Below are positions 10,823-22,863 of a stretch of DNA of 64,000 bases, in pieces. The position numbers were made by a program, and so were the translations under genes. A model generated the notes under the pieces. It was not told the DNA's origin. It saw only the letters and a list, made by a program, of their open reading frames with translations, and did not search any database. Numbering within the stretch: the first letter of the stretch is position 1; every line of letters starts with the position of its first letter. Origin of the DNA: Macrostomum lignano (lineage: Eukaryota); the NCBI GenBank assembly GCA_002269645.1, contig NIVC01002205.1, forward strand, positions 62,001 through 126,000, given 5' to 3'.

Positions 10823-12256
10823 CTAAAATTGGAAGCAATGGGCAAGGGCACGTACTGCATTAAACGCAGTGCGTTCTCCGGCGATGAGTTGATTGATGAT
10901 AGTGCTGACGCGGGCATCGTGGAACAGTGTGTTTTGCTTCTTAGGTACAGAGCGCCCTTGTTCAGCATGGGCGATGGCAGTGGCTTGGAGAGCCTCCTCG
11001 CGGTGTAGAGCAGAAATCAGTTTCCAGATGGACGGGTGGGAGCAGTCCAGCTGGGCCTCAAAGCCGCGATGCCAGCCCTCGATGGCATTGTTGGTGCGCC
11101 CGAAGCCGGCTAGGATACGCGTGTGGATATTCCAAAAGCTGCGGGGATAGCGAGCATTCCGTCGCTCACCGCGGGGTCCAATGCGTCCAATGTAGGCGTC
11201 CTCATAGTAGTCGTACAGGCGCTGCAGTCGCTCATCGTAGCCCTGGCGCTGATTGTCGCTGAGTTGCTCGAAGGTCTCTGTAACGTTGGCTGGAGGTATG
11301 AGTGCCAGGACTGGGAGGCAGCGAGCTTCCGTTGCGAGCTCTTCCTCCTCGGCGTATGCGACTGCAAGTCCCTCCTGCTGGATGTGCCGCCAGACGCATT
11401 GGGCGTGGTGGAAAAAGCACCCATCGAGCTCTGCAGCCGGGAACTTATCGCGAAATGCCGAATGGAAAGCAGCTTCATTATTGCACATGATGCGTTCCGG
11501 GTTGAGATTAGGATTTATGTCCTTTAGCGCCTGCAAGAAGCGTTTGTAGGTGTGTGCAGTTTTGTTGTGCAGGAGTCCGTACACTGCAGTAAAAGTTGAG
11601 TTGTAGGCTGCTACATGAAGGGTGTAAATCTGAGCGAATAGTAGAGGAGCTGAATCAAAGGTGCCGTCTCCGTGCCAATTAACATGCTCCTCTAACGAAC
11701 TGAGCCCACGCTGTGTCCCGAGGATTAGAAATCGGTGTGAATCTTGAGCACCGCTGTCGTGGAGGATAAAGTTGGTTCCATCCGTAAGTGAGGCCAGCAG
11801 AGGTGGAACTTGAAGGTCAGCCAGATTGTGCGGCAGAGCAGGTAACCCTGCACCTCTTTTGGCTCTGCGAGCATTGTCCTTCAAGGTGCTTATGTTGGGT
11901 AGTTTCGCCTTAGCACAGTCAGAGAGATTAGCTTGAGCTAGCTCAGCCGAGACAATTCGATGGGGAGCGTCGTTGACGTGGGAGGTTTGCTGCTTTATGC
12001 GTTCTTTAAATTCCAGGATCTTGAGATGCTCTTGACCCTGGCTACGGCAGCATCGGTGCTGGCCAGTCAGTCGCTCCACCGTGTTATGTCTTAGCCACAG
12101 ACGGGCGTGACAGGGTGCGTTGAAACGCTCACAACGAAAGAATAAGCGGGTTGGATCATATTTACTAGTTTTATGATAAACATAGGCAAAGTTTAAATAG
12201 CCTATTTTGCGTCTGCCTCGCTCGCTAATAAGTTCCGTGATAGCTGCCATATGCAA
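10823..12256 (-). CDS. FLYWCH-type + MULE transposase, 477 aa; second catalytic Asp replaced by Asn
   Basis: N-terminal Y...FFRCERF..CHARL...H zinc finger. MULE motifs: WHGDGTF (D1), IMCNNE (normally ..DFE, D2), GCFFHHAQ, RTNNAIEGWH (E). Confidence 0.9.
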   Translation of the reverse strand: MHMAAITELISERGRRKIGYLNFAYVYHKTSKYDPTRLFFRCERFNAPCHARLWLRHNTVERLTGQHRCCRSQGQEHLKILEFKERIKQQTSHVNDAPHRIVSAELAQANLSDCAKAKLPNISTLKDNARRAKRGAGLPALPHNLADLQVPPLLASLTDGTNFILHDSGAQDSHRFLILGTQRGLSSLEEHVNWHGDGTFDSAPLLFAQIYTLHVAAYNSTFTAVYGLLHNKTAHTYKRFLQALKDINPNLNPERIMCNNEAAFHSAFRDKFPAAELDGCFFHHAQCVWRHIQQEGLAVAYAEEEELATEARCLPVLALIPPANVTETFEQLSDNQRQGYDERLQRLYDYYEDAYIGRIGPRGERRNARYPRSFWNIHTRILAGFGRTNNAIEGWHRGFEAQLDCSHPSIWKLISALHREEALQATAIAHAEQGRSVPKKQNTLFHDARVSTIINQLIAGERTAFNAVRALAHCFQF

Positions 12257-13190
12257 TTGTCTCGAGTTGCAGTCTGCTTGTATTACGTATTACAGATCGC
12301 TTTGAATAAAGACTTAAATCAAGACTTAAAAAGAGAATTTCGAGTTGATATTGTTTATGTACATAGTTTTTGGGGTGTGCAGTAGTGGCCGAGTGGCCCT
12401 AGTATGTACAGTCTCAATGTGCAGTCCCTCTTGTCTTTCCTCGCTTCCAAAGAATTCTATTGGTTCGTTGGGCTCTAGAGAACGAAAACAAATGGGGTGG
12501 GTATAGGCTAACTAAAGGGTTGGTGTGGGGAATCGGCCAACAAAACACGAAGCTGGGGTCTAAAGTATATTGTAGCCTTTATTTATTACTATAATTAATT
12601 ATATTGTGATTAGTATTTTATAAAGTACAGTATAATACTTTACTAATCCTTTCTATTACTACACATAGTAAGTTTATCAAATTTTTAAACTGCCCAGTTA
12701 TTCTTAACGAAATACGAAAACCAACTTGATACGAGTACATAGTCATGATGAAATAAGATAAAGTTTTCCTTAATAAGATCTATTTTCGTCCTAACTTGAA
12801 CATCTACTAACTCTAACAAACTTACAAACAGGTTTTCATAGTTTCCCACAGAATAAAAAGCAATGGAGAAATCAGGATGTCAAAAGCAACATTTAACATG
12901 GGCTCAACGTTGTTGCTATATAGAGTTTTATGTTTTATATTTAGGCACATTATATGTAGGCACAAAATATATTATGTATAAAACTAATGTATAATATATA
13001 GTGAAGTTGCAGAACAATAGAACTTTCCTTCACTTCATATTCACTTCCTTTCCTTCAGGAAGTACTATACTAATGTATTATACTATGTATTATACTATGT
13101 ATGTATACTATGTATAATACACTAGTATAGTACTAATGTATTAGTATTATACTAATACATAAGGAATATCTCCCAGCTGCACCATTTGTT

Positions 13191-13506
13191 GCGTTACTGA
13201 ATTCAAGCGTTACTAAATTCAGGCAGTACTAAATTCAAGCAGTACTAAATTCAGGCGGTACTAAATTCAGGCAGTACTAAATTCAAGCAGTACTAAATTC
13301 AGGCAGTACTAAATTCAGGCAGTACTAAATTCAGGCGGTACTAAATTCAGGCAGTACTAAATTCAGGCAGTACTAAATTCAGGCAGTACTAAATTCAGGC
13401 GGTACTAAATTCAGGCGGTACTAAATTCAGGCGGTACTAAATTCAGGCGGTACTAAATTCAGGCGGTACTAAATTCACGGTTACTAAATTTCGGTTACTA
13501 AATTCA
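13191..13506. repeat. Subterminal 16-bp array (AGGCRGTACTAAATTC), about 20 copies, in the right TIR of the MULE
   Basis: Read directly; the reverse complement occurs in only about 4 copies at 9731-9790. Confidence 0.95.
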
Positions 13507-14327
13507 AGGGCACCCGTACGTGTCCTCTATAATCGGCTGTCAATCACAGATTGTTTATCGCTTTGTTTGGTAACTTTGCCTATTTAGTAAATTCGCCACA
13601 TCCTGTTGCCAAAATTCTTCGAGTTGCATTTAATTTTTTGCTGCAGGCTGCCTGCCATCATGGGGAGGGCACAGTCTGGTTTATGCGCCTGCATGTCTCA
13701 TTTAACTGTAAAATCAAGAGTTCATATTTAGTCGGCATTCTTCATTTTGATTACTTAAAATTCCATAATAAACTACTTTAACACAATCGCTGCATTTGTC
13801 CTTTTAATATAGCGGTATCATTGTCATTATGTGCAGATTGCGTCACTTCCACAGGGAATATGGCTCTGGCAGCTGCTGAGACCTGTAATATTAGTATTAG
13901 TACTGATATTAGTTAATATAGTTAATATAGTTAATATTAATATTAATGTTTAGTGTTGTAGCACTGCGTGTTATTAGTGAGCTGCAGCACCTGCTGTTTT
14001 CTGTTCAATAAGAATTTAAGAATATGCTCATCCAAAATTAATTATAAAGGCCTGTATATTTGAGATTTGTGACAATCAGTAAACTACTTTAAGTAGAATC
14101 AAATTTTATAAAGAATTTAAGGCTCTGAGCTTTATTGTTTTAATTTTATTTTCAAAAGCATTGTGGATTATTCTTCAGTGCGCAAGTTCACAGGCAAATA
14201 TTCTTTACTGTTAGTAGCCGCGCAGTAGACTGGCAATAAAATTCGCTCGTAGAAACTGACGAGAATTGATTCGAAATCGCATGGAAAATATAGAAATATA
14301 AATGGGGCTTTGTGGCTGGCTGGCTGA

Positions 14328-14771
14328 TCAGCTGGTCCTCCTCAGTCTGTCCTTTGGCAGCTGGGCGAGCTGCTCCGCCCTGGTCTGATTCGCCACCCGC
14401 TGCTTTCGGAAGCGGCTCCGCTGTTCGTCCTGCCGGTCTTTGCTGAGCTGCAGCCGGGTGAACCGGTCCAGCTCCTCCTCATCCCGAGCTCGCTGCAGGA
14501 ATTCTTCCTGCTTGGGTGACAGCTCCGTGTTGGGGCAGGAGATGCTAACTGGCTGGTGGCCTGGCGGGGCCCTCTTCAGCCGCTGGCTCACTGAGGGGCA
14601 GCTGAGCCCGGACTCCAGTGTGGGAACCATCTGTGCCGACTGCCAGAACGTGTTGGCATATGCAACTGTCTCTGCGGAGCTGCCGTCAAAGCGGATGACG
14701 GTCTGCCGCTTCCCGTGGTGCCGCTCGCAGCAGCTGCTGGTGCAACTGCAGTCAGAGTCGCTGTTGCTCAT
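14328..14771 (-). CDS. HOATZ: HOATZ (C11orf88)-like cilia/flagella protein, 147 aa, intronless
   Basis: FDGSSAETVAYANTFWQSAQMVPTLESGL..SVSQRLKRAPP resembles the recalled HOATZ block FAGSS...A..FWISASMYPPSESQL...SSQRLPVARP, and EFLQRAR.EE resembles KYLQKAK.REE. The ORF track starts at 14843; 14771 is the next ATG. Confidence 0.75.
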   Translation of the reverse strand: MSNSDSDCSCTSSCCERHHGKRQTVIRFDGSSAETVAYANTFWQSAQMVPTLESGLSCPSVSQRLKRAPPGHQPVSISCPNTELSPKQEEFLQRARDEEELDRFTRLQLSKDRQDEQRSRFRKQRVANQTRAEQLAQLPKDRLRRTS

Positions 14772-14870
14772 GCTGGTGAGCTGCTTTGCATTTAGTTTTG
14801 TGCGGCTTGAGTTGCAAAATGCAGCGAGAATGCGCGCCTTCAAATTTCTGCCAAGAGAGCGCTGCTCTCA

Positions 14871-14885
14871 GTTGTCAGGGGTAAC
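14871..14885. promoter_or_regulatory. RFX X-box-like motif GTTGTCAGGGGTAAC, 100 bp upstream of the HOATZ-like ATG
   Basis: Near match to GTNRCC(N0-3)RGYAAC, upstream of a ciliary-type gene. Confidence 0.45.
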
Positions 14886-16308
14886 GGCAGGGCGGTAGGT
14901 AGGAGTGGCGGGTGGAAAGGGGCAGGAACGCGCGCTCATTCCTGCGTACCTGCTCACAATAGCCAGGTGTACACCTGGCGCATAGCGTACACTTGTGCGG
15001 CCGAGGCTTCATGCTATTTTTTCAGCCTTAAACTTCTAAACTTTTAGGGCACTTCTAGAAATTTCTCGTAAATTTTTTCCTTCGACGACAGCTTGCTTAT
15101 GCTGTTCGGATAACCAAAATACATTGATAGCTGATGCTTTTGATGCTTTACTAAGATTTTTTTAATACAAAAATACATCCACTAAATTGATTTGTTGCCG
15201 GCTTTTATTTTTTAATTACAAAGATACATGATGTACATCTAAGAACCTTGATTCAAATCATATTTTTTCTGTTCAGTATGAATGCAATGATCAACATATG
15301 AAGAAAGTAAAAAAGTTTGTATTATTTAGTACGACGCGTTTCGCACGCCTAGGTGCATCGTCAGGTATTAAGATTTGTTGAACGAACGAATGATAGCAAC
15401 AAATACATGGAATATTATACTTTATAGATCATTGCATTATTCGTCCAACTAACGAAACAAGCCGAAACGAAACTACCGAAATCTTTACACTTGCCAGGAA
15501 AAATAATTAAGCATGTAAATGTATATCAAGTAATTCATTTTTAATATCAATTATAGCAGTGTAGATCATGTGCCAATAATTATTACTTATATCTTATCTT
15601 AATCTTTAATCAAATTAGGTTCTTTTTAATCGAAATGTACATGTAGCTTCGCTTTACGTCCTGAGCATATTTTAAGCTTCTGATCTACACTTGCTTTTAA
15701 GTCTTGTTTCTTGTTTATGCTTTTCATAACTTTTTATGATTTTCGCATTAACATTCAGAAACTGCTCCAAAGAGCAATCATTATTCAATGCATATCTCCA
15801 TAAGCCACACCCGAAAATGGAGAATTTTATTCTCATATAGTCTGCAAAAAGCAGCATCACCCCATTTTTTCTTACTTGCTTCTACCCAGATTTTCTGCAC
15901 TCCGCCCTCACTCTGAGTGCGCGCTCATAATTCAAGCTCAAGCTCTTAATCTCATTCCTTTCTCCTTCAATTTGTTTTTTCGTGTGAGACTGGGCCACAA
16001 AATAACGTACATGCTACTTTCGTCCCAGCAAAGGCCAACCATCTCTGGCGTTGCCCTGGTTGCGCTCGACTGCTACGGCTTTACTTAACATCTATCTAAC
16101 CTTGCTATTTTCATTCGCCGGTTCTACGAGCTATATGTAGTGTGTATAATTTTTTTAATCGTAGTCTGGGCGCACCCGAACTGGTGGGCATATCAGCAAA
16201 GAGCTGAATACACCCATAAAGCTTCCAGACGGAATCAAGCACTAATTGATCTATTAATCTTTCAAATTAAAAATAGTCTGAGTCGGAGCTACATAGAGAT
16301 CGGGCAGC

Positions 16309-17427
16309 ATGATATCGGTAACAAGTCTGATGGAAAGCCTGGTGGCAGTGCGCACCAAGCGTTGCCAAAGCCTGCTACAGCTGTCGCAGAAGCAATGGTC
16401 CGCCTGTCTGCTGCAGTTTGAGCAGCTGCAACAGCAGCTCTGCTGGTCAGAGACTACTCACCGGGCGGATGTGCACCCGGTAATGCGCGAGTTCGGAATC
16501 TTCAGCGGGTACCGACACACTGGCAGAGGTTGGGGCTACTACCTACGCAGCGCCTTCCGCCTGCACAATGAGACTCTGAACTGGCTGAGCCACGCCCTGG
16601 GCAGTCTGCTGATCATCGGTCTCGGGGCCGTCCTCACACTAAGGCTTCCGGCCACAGCCGACCCGGTGGATGTCCGACTGGCCTGGCTGTTCTGCCTTAC
16701 CTCGGCACTGATGCACACCGTTTCCGCCCTTGCCCACCTGATGCACAACCACTCCGAGCTCTCTCACTGCCTGGTGTTTTTTGCCGACAACGCCGCTGTG
16801 GGACTCGCTAGTTACGTCATCAACTTGCTGGGCGTGGCCTTCTTCAGTTCGCACAGCTACTACAGCTTCATCGGGCCGGCCACAATGCCCACGCTTGTTT
16901 TCGGCACAATCTGCATGTCGTCCGGCTTCAGCCTTGCACTGGCGGCCTATAGGCGGCGCTACAACCCCGCCACCAGCCTGCTCATGTTTGGTCCCTCCAG
17001 CTGCTTTCTGTTCTTTGGCCTGGCGCCCGTTATCGAGAGAAGACTGCTGAGTCCTGACGAGCCCGAAATGCTGGGAATGACACACTATTACTTGTTTTTC
17101 CTGGCCATTCTGTGCTATGCCACCTGCTTTCCGGAGTGTCTCTGGCCAGGCCGGTTTGACCTGCTGCTCCACAGCCACCAGCTTTTCCACTGCCTGGCCA
17201 CGGCATCACACTGCATGCTCCTGAGCAGCGTGTTCAGTCTGATTTCCGATGATAGTCCGCACCTGTTCAGCAAGCGCTCTAGCGAGTGGGTCTCCATGGA
17301 AACCGCATGCAGGGGCCTCGGCGTGGCTTTTGTATTCAGCGTGTGCATTGTGGCTCTCCTGGCCAAGGCCTTCCGCTACGACACCAGCTTCTCATCCAGA
17401 GCCTCGACGTGCTGCAAGGCAAACTAA
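16309..17427 (+). CDS. PAQR-family 7-TM protein (membrane progestin receptor-like), 372 aa, intronless
   Basis: GYR...W.YY.RS.FRLHNETLNWLSH, SALAH, F.D and FPEC.WPGRFD...HSHQLFH motifs, plus 7 or more hydrophobic segments. Confidence 0.9.
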   Translation: MISVTSLMESLVAVRTKRCQSLLQLSQKQWSACLLQFEQLQQQLCWSETTHRADVHPVMREFGIFSGYRHTGRGWGYYLRSAFRLHNETLNWLSHALGSLLIIGLGAVLTLRLPATADPVDVRLAWLFCLTSALMHTVSALAHLMHNHSELSHCLVFFADNAAVGLASYVINLLGVAFFSSHSYYSFIGPATMPTLVFGTICMSSGFSLALAAYRRRYNPATSLLMFGPSSCFLFFGLAPVIERRLLSPDEPEMLGMTHYYLFFLAILCYATCFPECLWPGRFDLLLHSHQLFHCLATASHCMLLSSVFSLISDDSPHLFSKRSSEWVSMETACRGLGVAFVFSVCIVALLAKAFRYDTSFSSRASTCCKAN

Positions 17428-20400
17428 ATTTCTTATTTGAAATTTTGTCTAACTGCAAAAATTTGCTCCCCAGATCTATTAAAACAATTACAGCAGCTCA
17501 TAAGTTTTTACACGCAACATGGGCCTCTCTTATTTGCCCACCTCCCACTTCTTGCCTGTTCCACAGTTTGTAGACGCAAAGTATCTTGCATGAGGGCCCT
17601 GTTTTTGTTTTAAAAATAGCATTGAAATGTAGATGATTATTAATAAGCAAACTGGAACAGCCTCCAATCAAACATGTGCACTGAAAGTTTTTGAAGTTAT
17701 CCAAAATCGATTAGGAGACAATAACTTTACACGAGCGTAAATTAACGTACATCCTTTAACTTTCTTGTTTTTTCTACCTACACTCAGTATCAACAATGAC
17801 TTTTAGCACAAAGTCACTCTTTTAGATATTTATCTACGGGTTCTATTAAATACACGATATCATGATAAATACTGCTACCGGATTGTGTATACATCGACTC
17901 GTAATTTATTCAAATCTTCACTTTTTTCGCGCACATTTACTTTTAGGTTTCAATCTCAGATATATAAATTATTTTTTGGTCTAATTCTGTCCAGTACTCG
18001 TATTGTAATCGTAAACACGCAGATTAAAAAACTTTGGCAACAATTCGACGTCTGACTCGACGTATCCAACGTATCCGACGTCGATGGACGTCGCTGGCTA
18101 ATGAGTATTTTAAAATTACAGAGACGTATAACGACGTCAAGCATCAGCAGAACGTCAGTATAATGTAAAAGTATCCATTTGCCGGCGATATCGATAGACG
18201 TTGGAAACGTCGGATTGCTTTACGGGACTGTACATTCTGTTGCGTAATGTACTGTATGACCGCAGGACCGTGGGTTGGTGTGAGCAAGAAAATAAGCGTG
18301 AGGAAACTCCTCTCTGGCATGCGCCCTGCCTTTATTACAAATTACTGTGTGGTTGGCACGACCCATAGAAATGCATGATCTATGGTGCAACCACCGCCAG
18401 AACATGTATGCGAAATCAAATACAAGTACAATACAGTACGTTTAACTGCGTACTACGAGCATGTATGTGCTTCGTGCGTTGCGATCGATGTAGGCTACAG
18501 TTGATTCAGATGCCGCTGGCCTCAGATGAACATCCCCGCTATAACGCTTCTGTAAGCCTGATGGTTTGTCAAAGGCCCCGTCGCCCAACAAGAGACGAAA
18601 TAAATGTATTTGCAAAGCTAAAAGTTTATTCAAATAAAAATTCTATGCAGCTTTTACTTTAGGTCAAAAATTTTAAGTCCTGTTATTTTAATGTAATACT
18701 GGATAGGCCATCTGCATATCTTGTTATGTTTTGCCTGTCTTTTTTTCGGTGCAATGTTCACAAATTGTCCTCTAGCTGGTCGGCTCACTGCAGGGTGATG
18801 ATTTTTTGGATCTGCTTCCGATCCATGTGTCCATTAAGGGTCCATACCTCGGACCATCGCAAAGGTTAAGAATCCCTCTTCAGGTTGCACATTATTTGGA
18901 TGTCGCTCTAGACTGGATTCGGTCCAAGCCATGTTTCTGTTTCTCTATGCCTTCCCTTGCCTCTCGGGCTCCCCAGGCACTCGGAGGGGAGTGAGTCAGC
19001 CAACCACATAGCGCCTTCCTCTCCGTTGCTCCTCCTGGCTATTGCTACAAGACGGAGCGTGTGCGCCCTCCAGAGTCTCCCTTTATCAGTTGACTACAAA
19101 TGTCTCACGTTACTGCATGGAGCCGGGAGAAAACTTTTGTGGCTGCTTTAGGGGCCAACTATTTGCTGGCCCTGAATCACTGAAGCCAAGCAACCAACCA
19201 GAGATATCTGCCTGCTTTAAATTTAAGACTTTTCATAAAAGCATAGTAATGTTTTCTGTTAAAAATTCAGTTTTATTGAACTTTAATTCTGAGACCGAGT
19301 GGCCCTCAGTGTTCTACTTCTATTAACTGAGATAGCTCGTAGCTGCTCGAGCAAGTAATTACACCCCAGGTTGTTCGAGTCCGAAGTTTCCGTGGTAAAA
19401 AGATTGTTCCTTCATACAAGCCCGGCGCATATTTTTTGTATTTTTGTATTTAATTGCTTTATTTTATTTTATTTTACCACCTCTGAAATAAATTAAATAT
19501 CTCCATGAGTCCGTGCGGTTAGACCCTAAAATTCGTTGGAAAGGTAAGAGAATATTAAGCCATAGTATCAGTTCTGGGGGATCCAGCAATCTAGCCATTG
19601 CATTATTTGCTTCACCCTTCACTATTTCCGAGCTCTTTCAACTCGACCAACCGACCAACATGGCAAATGAACTGAGGCTCTGTAAAGGCTCAGCAAATCG
19701 AAACTTCGGCAAATCGGACCTCCAGTCCGGCGGTGCTAAATGTTGCGCAAGCCTCAGGCCTAAGTAATAGCAGGGTCCACAATAGCTCTCCACATGCACA
19801 ATCTTATCGCTTGAAGACAGGTAGACTGGGGAAGTGAGTCAGACAGACAAGGCCCCCCAACCAAGTTCGTCAAAGGAAGGCGGGATGTGCAATCGGGCCC
19901 CATATCCGTTGCGTAGCCCCAGCGCCCTTTTCTCGTCCAACCTCACGCAGCCAACAAATATCGATTTTTCAACTAGAGTTTCAGTTGCCGCATGCCTTCC
20001 AAGCCTCCTCTACCTCACCTTTCTCTCATATTTCTTACTCGGAACTGTGGAATCGATTTTCAAGCCAGCCACCCACCAATGACCGCGGTCTGGAAGGGGT
20101 CTACCGTGGCCTGTAAAATACTTGTAAGAAGCAGCAGATTCCCCACAAGGCCTCCACTCCAGGCTTGGCTTGCTTCTCTTCTGATCGGCACAGGTAGATG
20201 CAGTAAGTACGAGTATAACCACAGTGTACAATTAAAGCTCATGCCTGATGGGCCCAGGCGCTTCAAATTTCCACGTCCGATCACCGATGCTTCCGGTGCA
20301 CAGCGCTCATCACAGAGACGTGGTCAGTTGGAGCTCTGAACGCCGTCAGAGGAATTCAGCGACACGAGGAAACCCAGATTGGCAGCTGCAACAGCCGATT

Positions 20401-21885
20401 CGGTGGGGCCTTGACGCGTGCAGCAGCGAGCGGGCGGTGAGGCCTCAGCTGTGTACACGTGAAGCGCCCTCATCGAGCTGCACAGATCATCTGCAGTTTT
20501 ACAGGCATATTTCCCTGGTTAAGAGTTTTTAGCTAGCTGGATACAGATTAAGTTCAGTAACTCTTAAGCTTCTGGTGCTCGATAAACTGACGCATGCTCT
20601 ACTTAGCTCCAAAAATGCATTTAGTTTGTAACTGGATAAATAGAATAGTTCCAATAAAAACATTTGCATTTGCAGCATGATAGCTTCTGAATTAGATTCA
20701 ATTAGACAACTCTCTTCATTCAGCAAGTTGCCCAATCAACAGCGGTACGTTTTTGCTCTCATTTTTGGTCATGAACCATCGGTATCATCAATATACGCAC
20801 ATACCTAAGGTAGTTAAACCTCCTGGCTTTGTACCAATCCTACATGTACATGTGACATACAAAAAATACCTGGCACGCAGATCAAATGCACAACCTTTAT
20901 CCATGTAAACAGCCTAAAAGTGAGATGCATTTAAATTCTGACGCAACCAAAATGTACTTGAAAATCTGCGTTACCGCTGCGATTGAGGAATGATATTTAC
21001 TTGATCTAGGCTCAAGTCGCATACCAAGTCAGTAATAATTACATCCCCTATCGAAAAATGAATTTAATCAAAAGTTTGTTTTCGAAAAACTGCTTATATT
21101 CACGCTTTAAGAGAATATGTCAGTGTATAATGCAGAAGGGTAAATAATAGATGTTCAGCAACAAATTCCGCCACTACACACAAGAATACGAGCGTACAGG
21201 GAAGTGAACTCCAGAGTTCTCATATATTTTTTGCTTGCAGACATAAATACGCATTTAAGCAAAATTAGGACAGAAGATTGAGACGTGGAGAAGCAAAAGA
21301 ATTTTTTCAAAATGATAACATCGATAAATAGGAGCAGCTTAAATATATACGTGTGTGGCGGAGTACTTGTATTTGTGATTAGTGTTAATATTAAATAAAT
21401 ACTGTTGTACTAATAATTAATGAACTCGTGTATTATTTTAAACAAAACGAACTAATTTGAAATTTTCTTGTAGTTTGAACTCGAAAAACGAATTTTTAGA
21501 AATAAAAATAATTTACGGATAGTTAAAAAGTGTTATCAAATTAACAAAACATGATAATCAGTACTAGCGAACGTTATAATTTCACGGCTAGAATATTGCG
21601 CTATAGCAACGCCAACGGTAGTAAATTCGGCATTAGAAACCCACAGCCCAATTAGTCAGTTCTTTCTACTGGGATCTCTCTACTGAGCAAGTCATCGAGA
21701 TAAGTTCAGGTGCAGCGCCATTGGATGGTGTAGAAGAAGAAGGCCTCCAGAGCAAACACCGTGCCGGCCGTAAGCAGCCACACGCTGTAGCCGCCATAGC
21801 TGTAGTGCCGTGAGTAAAGCCCCAGCGATATCAGCAGCGAAGCGGCTGCGGGTGGGTGGGGGATGAAGCGATTGCTTAACTGCGT

Positions 21886-22161
21886 AGGCTGAGTGATGGA
21901 TAGAGGGCAGGCTGAGTGACGGATAGAGGGCAGGCTGACTGATGGGTAGAGGGCAGGCTGACTGATGGGTAGAGGGCAGGCTGACTGATGGGTAGAGGGC
22001 AGGCTGACTGATGGGTAGAGGGCAGGCTGACTGATGGGTAGAGGGCAGGCTGATTGATGGGTAGAGGGCAGGCTGACTGATGGGTAGAGGGCAGGCTGAC
22101 TGATGGGTAGAGGGCAGGCTGACTGATGGGTAGAGGGCAGGCTGACTGATGGGTAGAGGGC
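21886..22161. repeat. 23-bp G-rich minisatellite (TGACTGATGGGTAGAGGGCAGGC), left block
   Basis: Read directly; lies in intron 2 of the claudin-like gene. Confidence 0.95.
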
Positions 22162-22863
22162 GCTTGCACGGGCGTATTCAGCATGCCAGTGAAGTATGAG
22201 ACAGACCAGGCCTATGGGCTAAGGTCTGCGATGCTCCACGCCTGTCCCTATCTTCAGCAGGTAAAGGCTGGAGGGAGGTCTGCACCCTCTATTTGCCGCT
22301 GGCAGCCGCAGACCCCCCCTACGCTGTTTCGCAAGCCGACCCAGGGGTACCCGTCCCCGCGAGTGTTCAAGGCAGACCCTAGGGCTGCCGGACAGACTGG
22401 GTTCCGGCGCTGGGGACCCATCCAGTGGCTTTTGCCGAACTTGGGTATGCGGGTCTGGCTTGCCAGTCCGCAGGCCGTGGTACTGCTCAACGTACCCTCT
22501 AATGCCTAAGGTGTTTGACCGTGCCGATCGGCTGGAAGGCCGGGGAGTAGTCCGGTCGCAAGCGGTCCCCCTCCTGGTGTCGGGCCAGCTTTGAGGGTTC
22601 TTTTGGCCTACTGCCCGGTCAGGTGGAGCGGCCGGGTGGGTACCGCGCCCCTTCGAGGGTAGCCCACCAACCTTTATCATGGCCTTCGAGCCGACTATGG
22701 GTAAAAACCCTAGCTGGCAACACTGGGGGACCTCCCTGGGCGGCGCTAACCATTCGTCCATAGCGACGCGTCGGCCGTTCAGGGATTAGCGGAATGGGCG
22801 CTCGCGCCTTCCCGCTGTGTCCCCCGGGACAGCCCTGCAGCTAAGCAAGCGGCAAGTAAGCAA
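22162..22863 (+). mobile_element. About 700-bp GC-rich insertion splitting the minisatellite; possible non-autonomous non-LTR (RTE-like/SINE) element
   Basis: Unique sequence flanked on both sides by GATGGGTAGAGGGC. Its 3' end is a short AAGC/TAAG repeat tail. No convincing ORF. Confidence 0.45.

Larger units (their letters stand above)
9722..13516 (-). mobile_element. Complete Mutator-like (Phantom/foldback-type) DNA transposon
   Basis: Termini GGGT...ACCC, with 8-bp TSD GTACGTGT at 9714-9721 and 13517-13524. TIRs about 9722-9838 and 13143-13516 contain 15-16 bp subterminal repeats. One transposase ORF lies inside. Confidence 0.9.

Noticed and set aside
12379-12396. tRNA A-box-like GCAGTAGTGGCCGAGTGG
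   Set aside because: No anticodon arm, T arm or B box follows.
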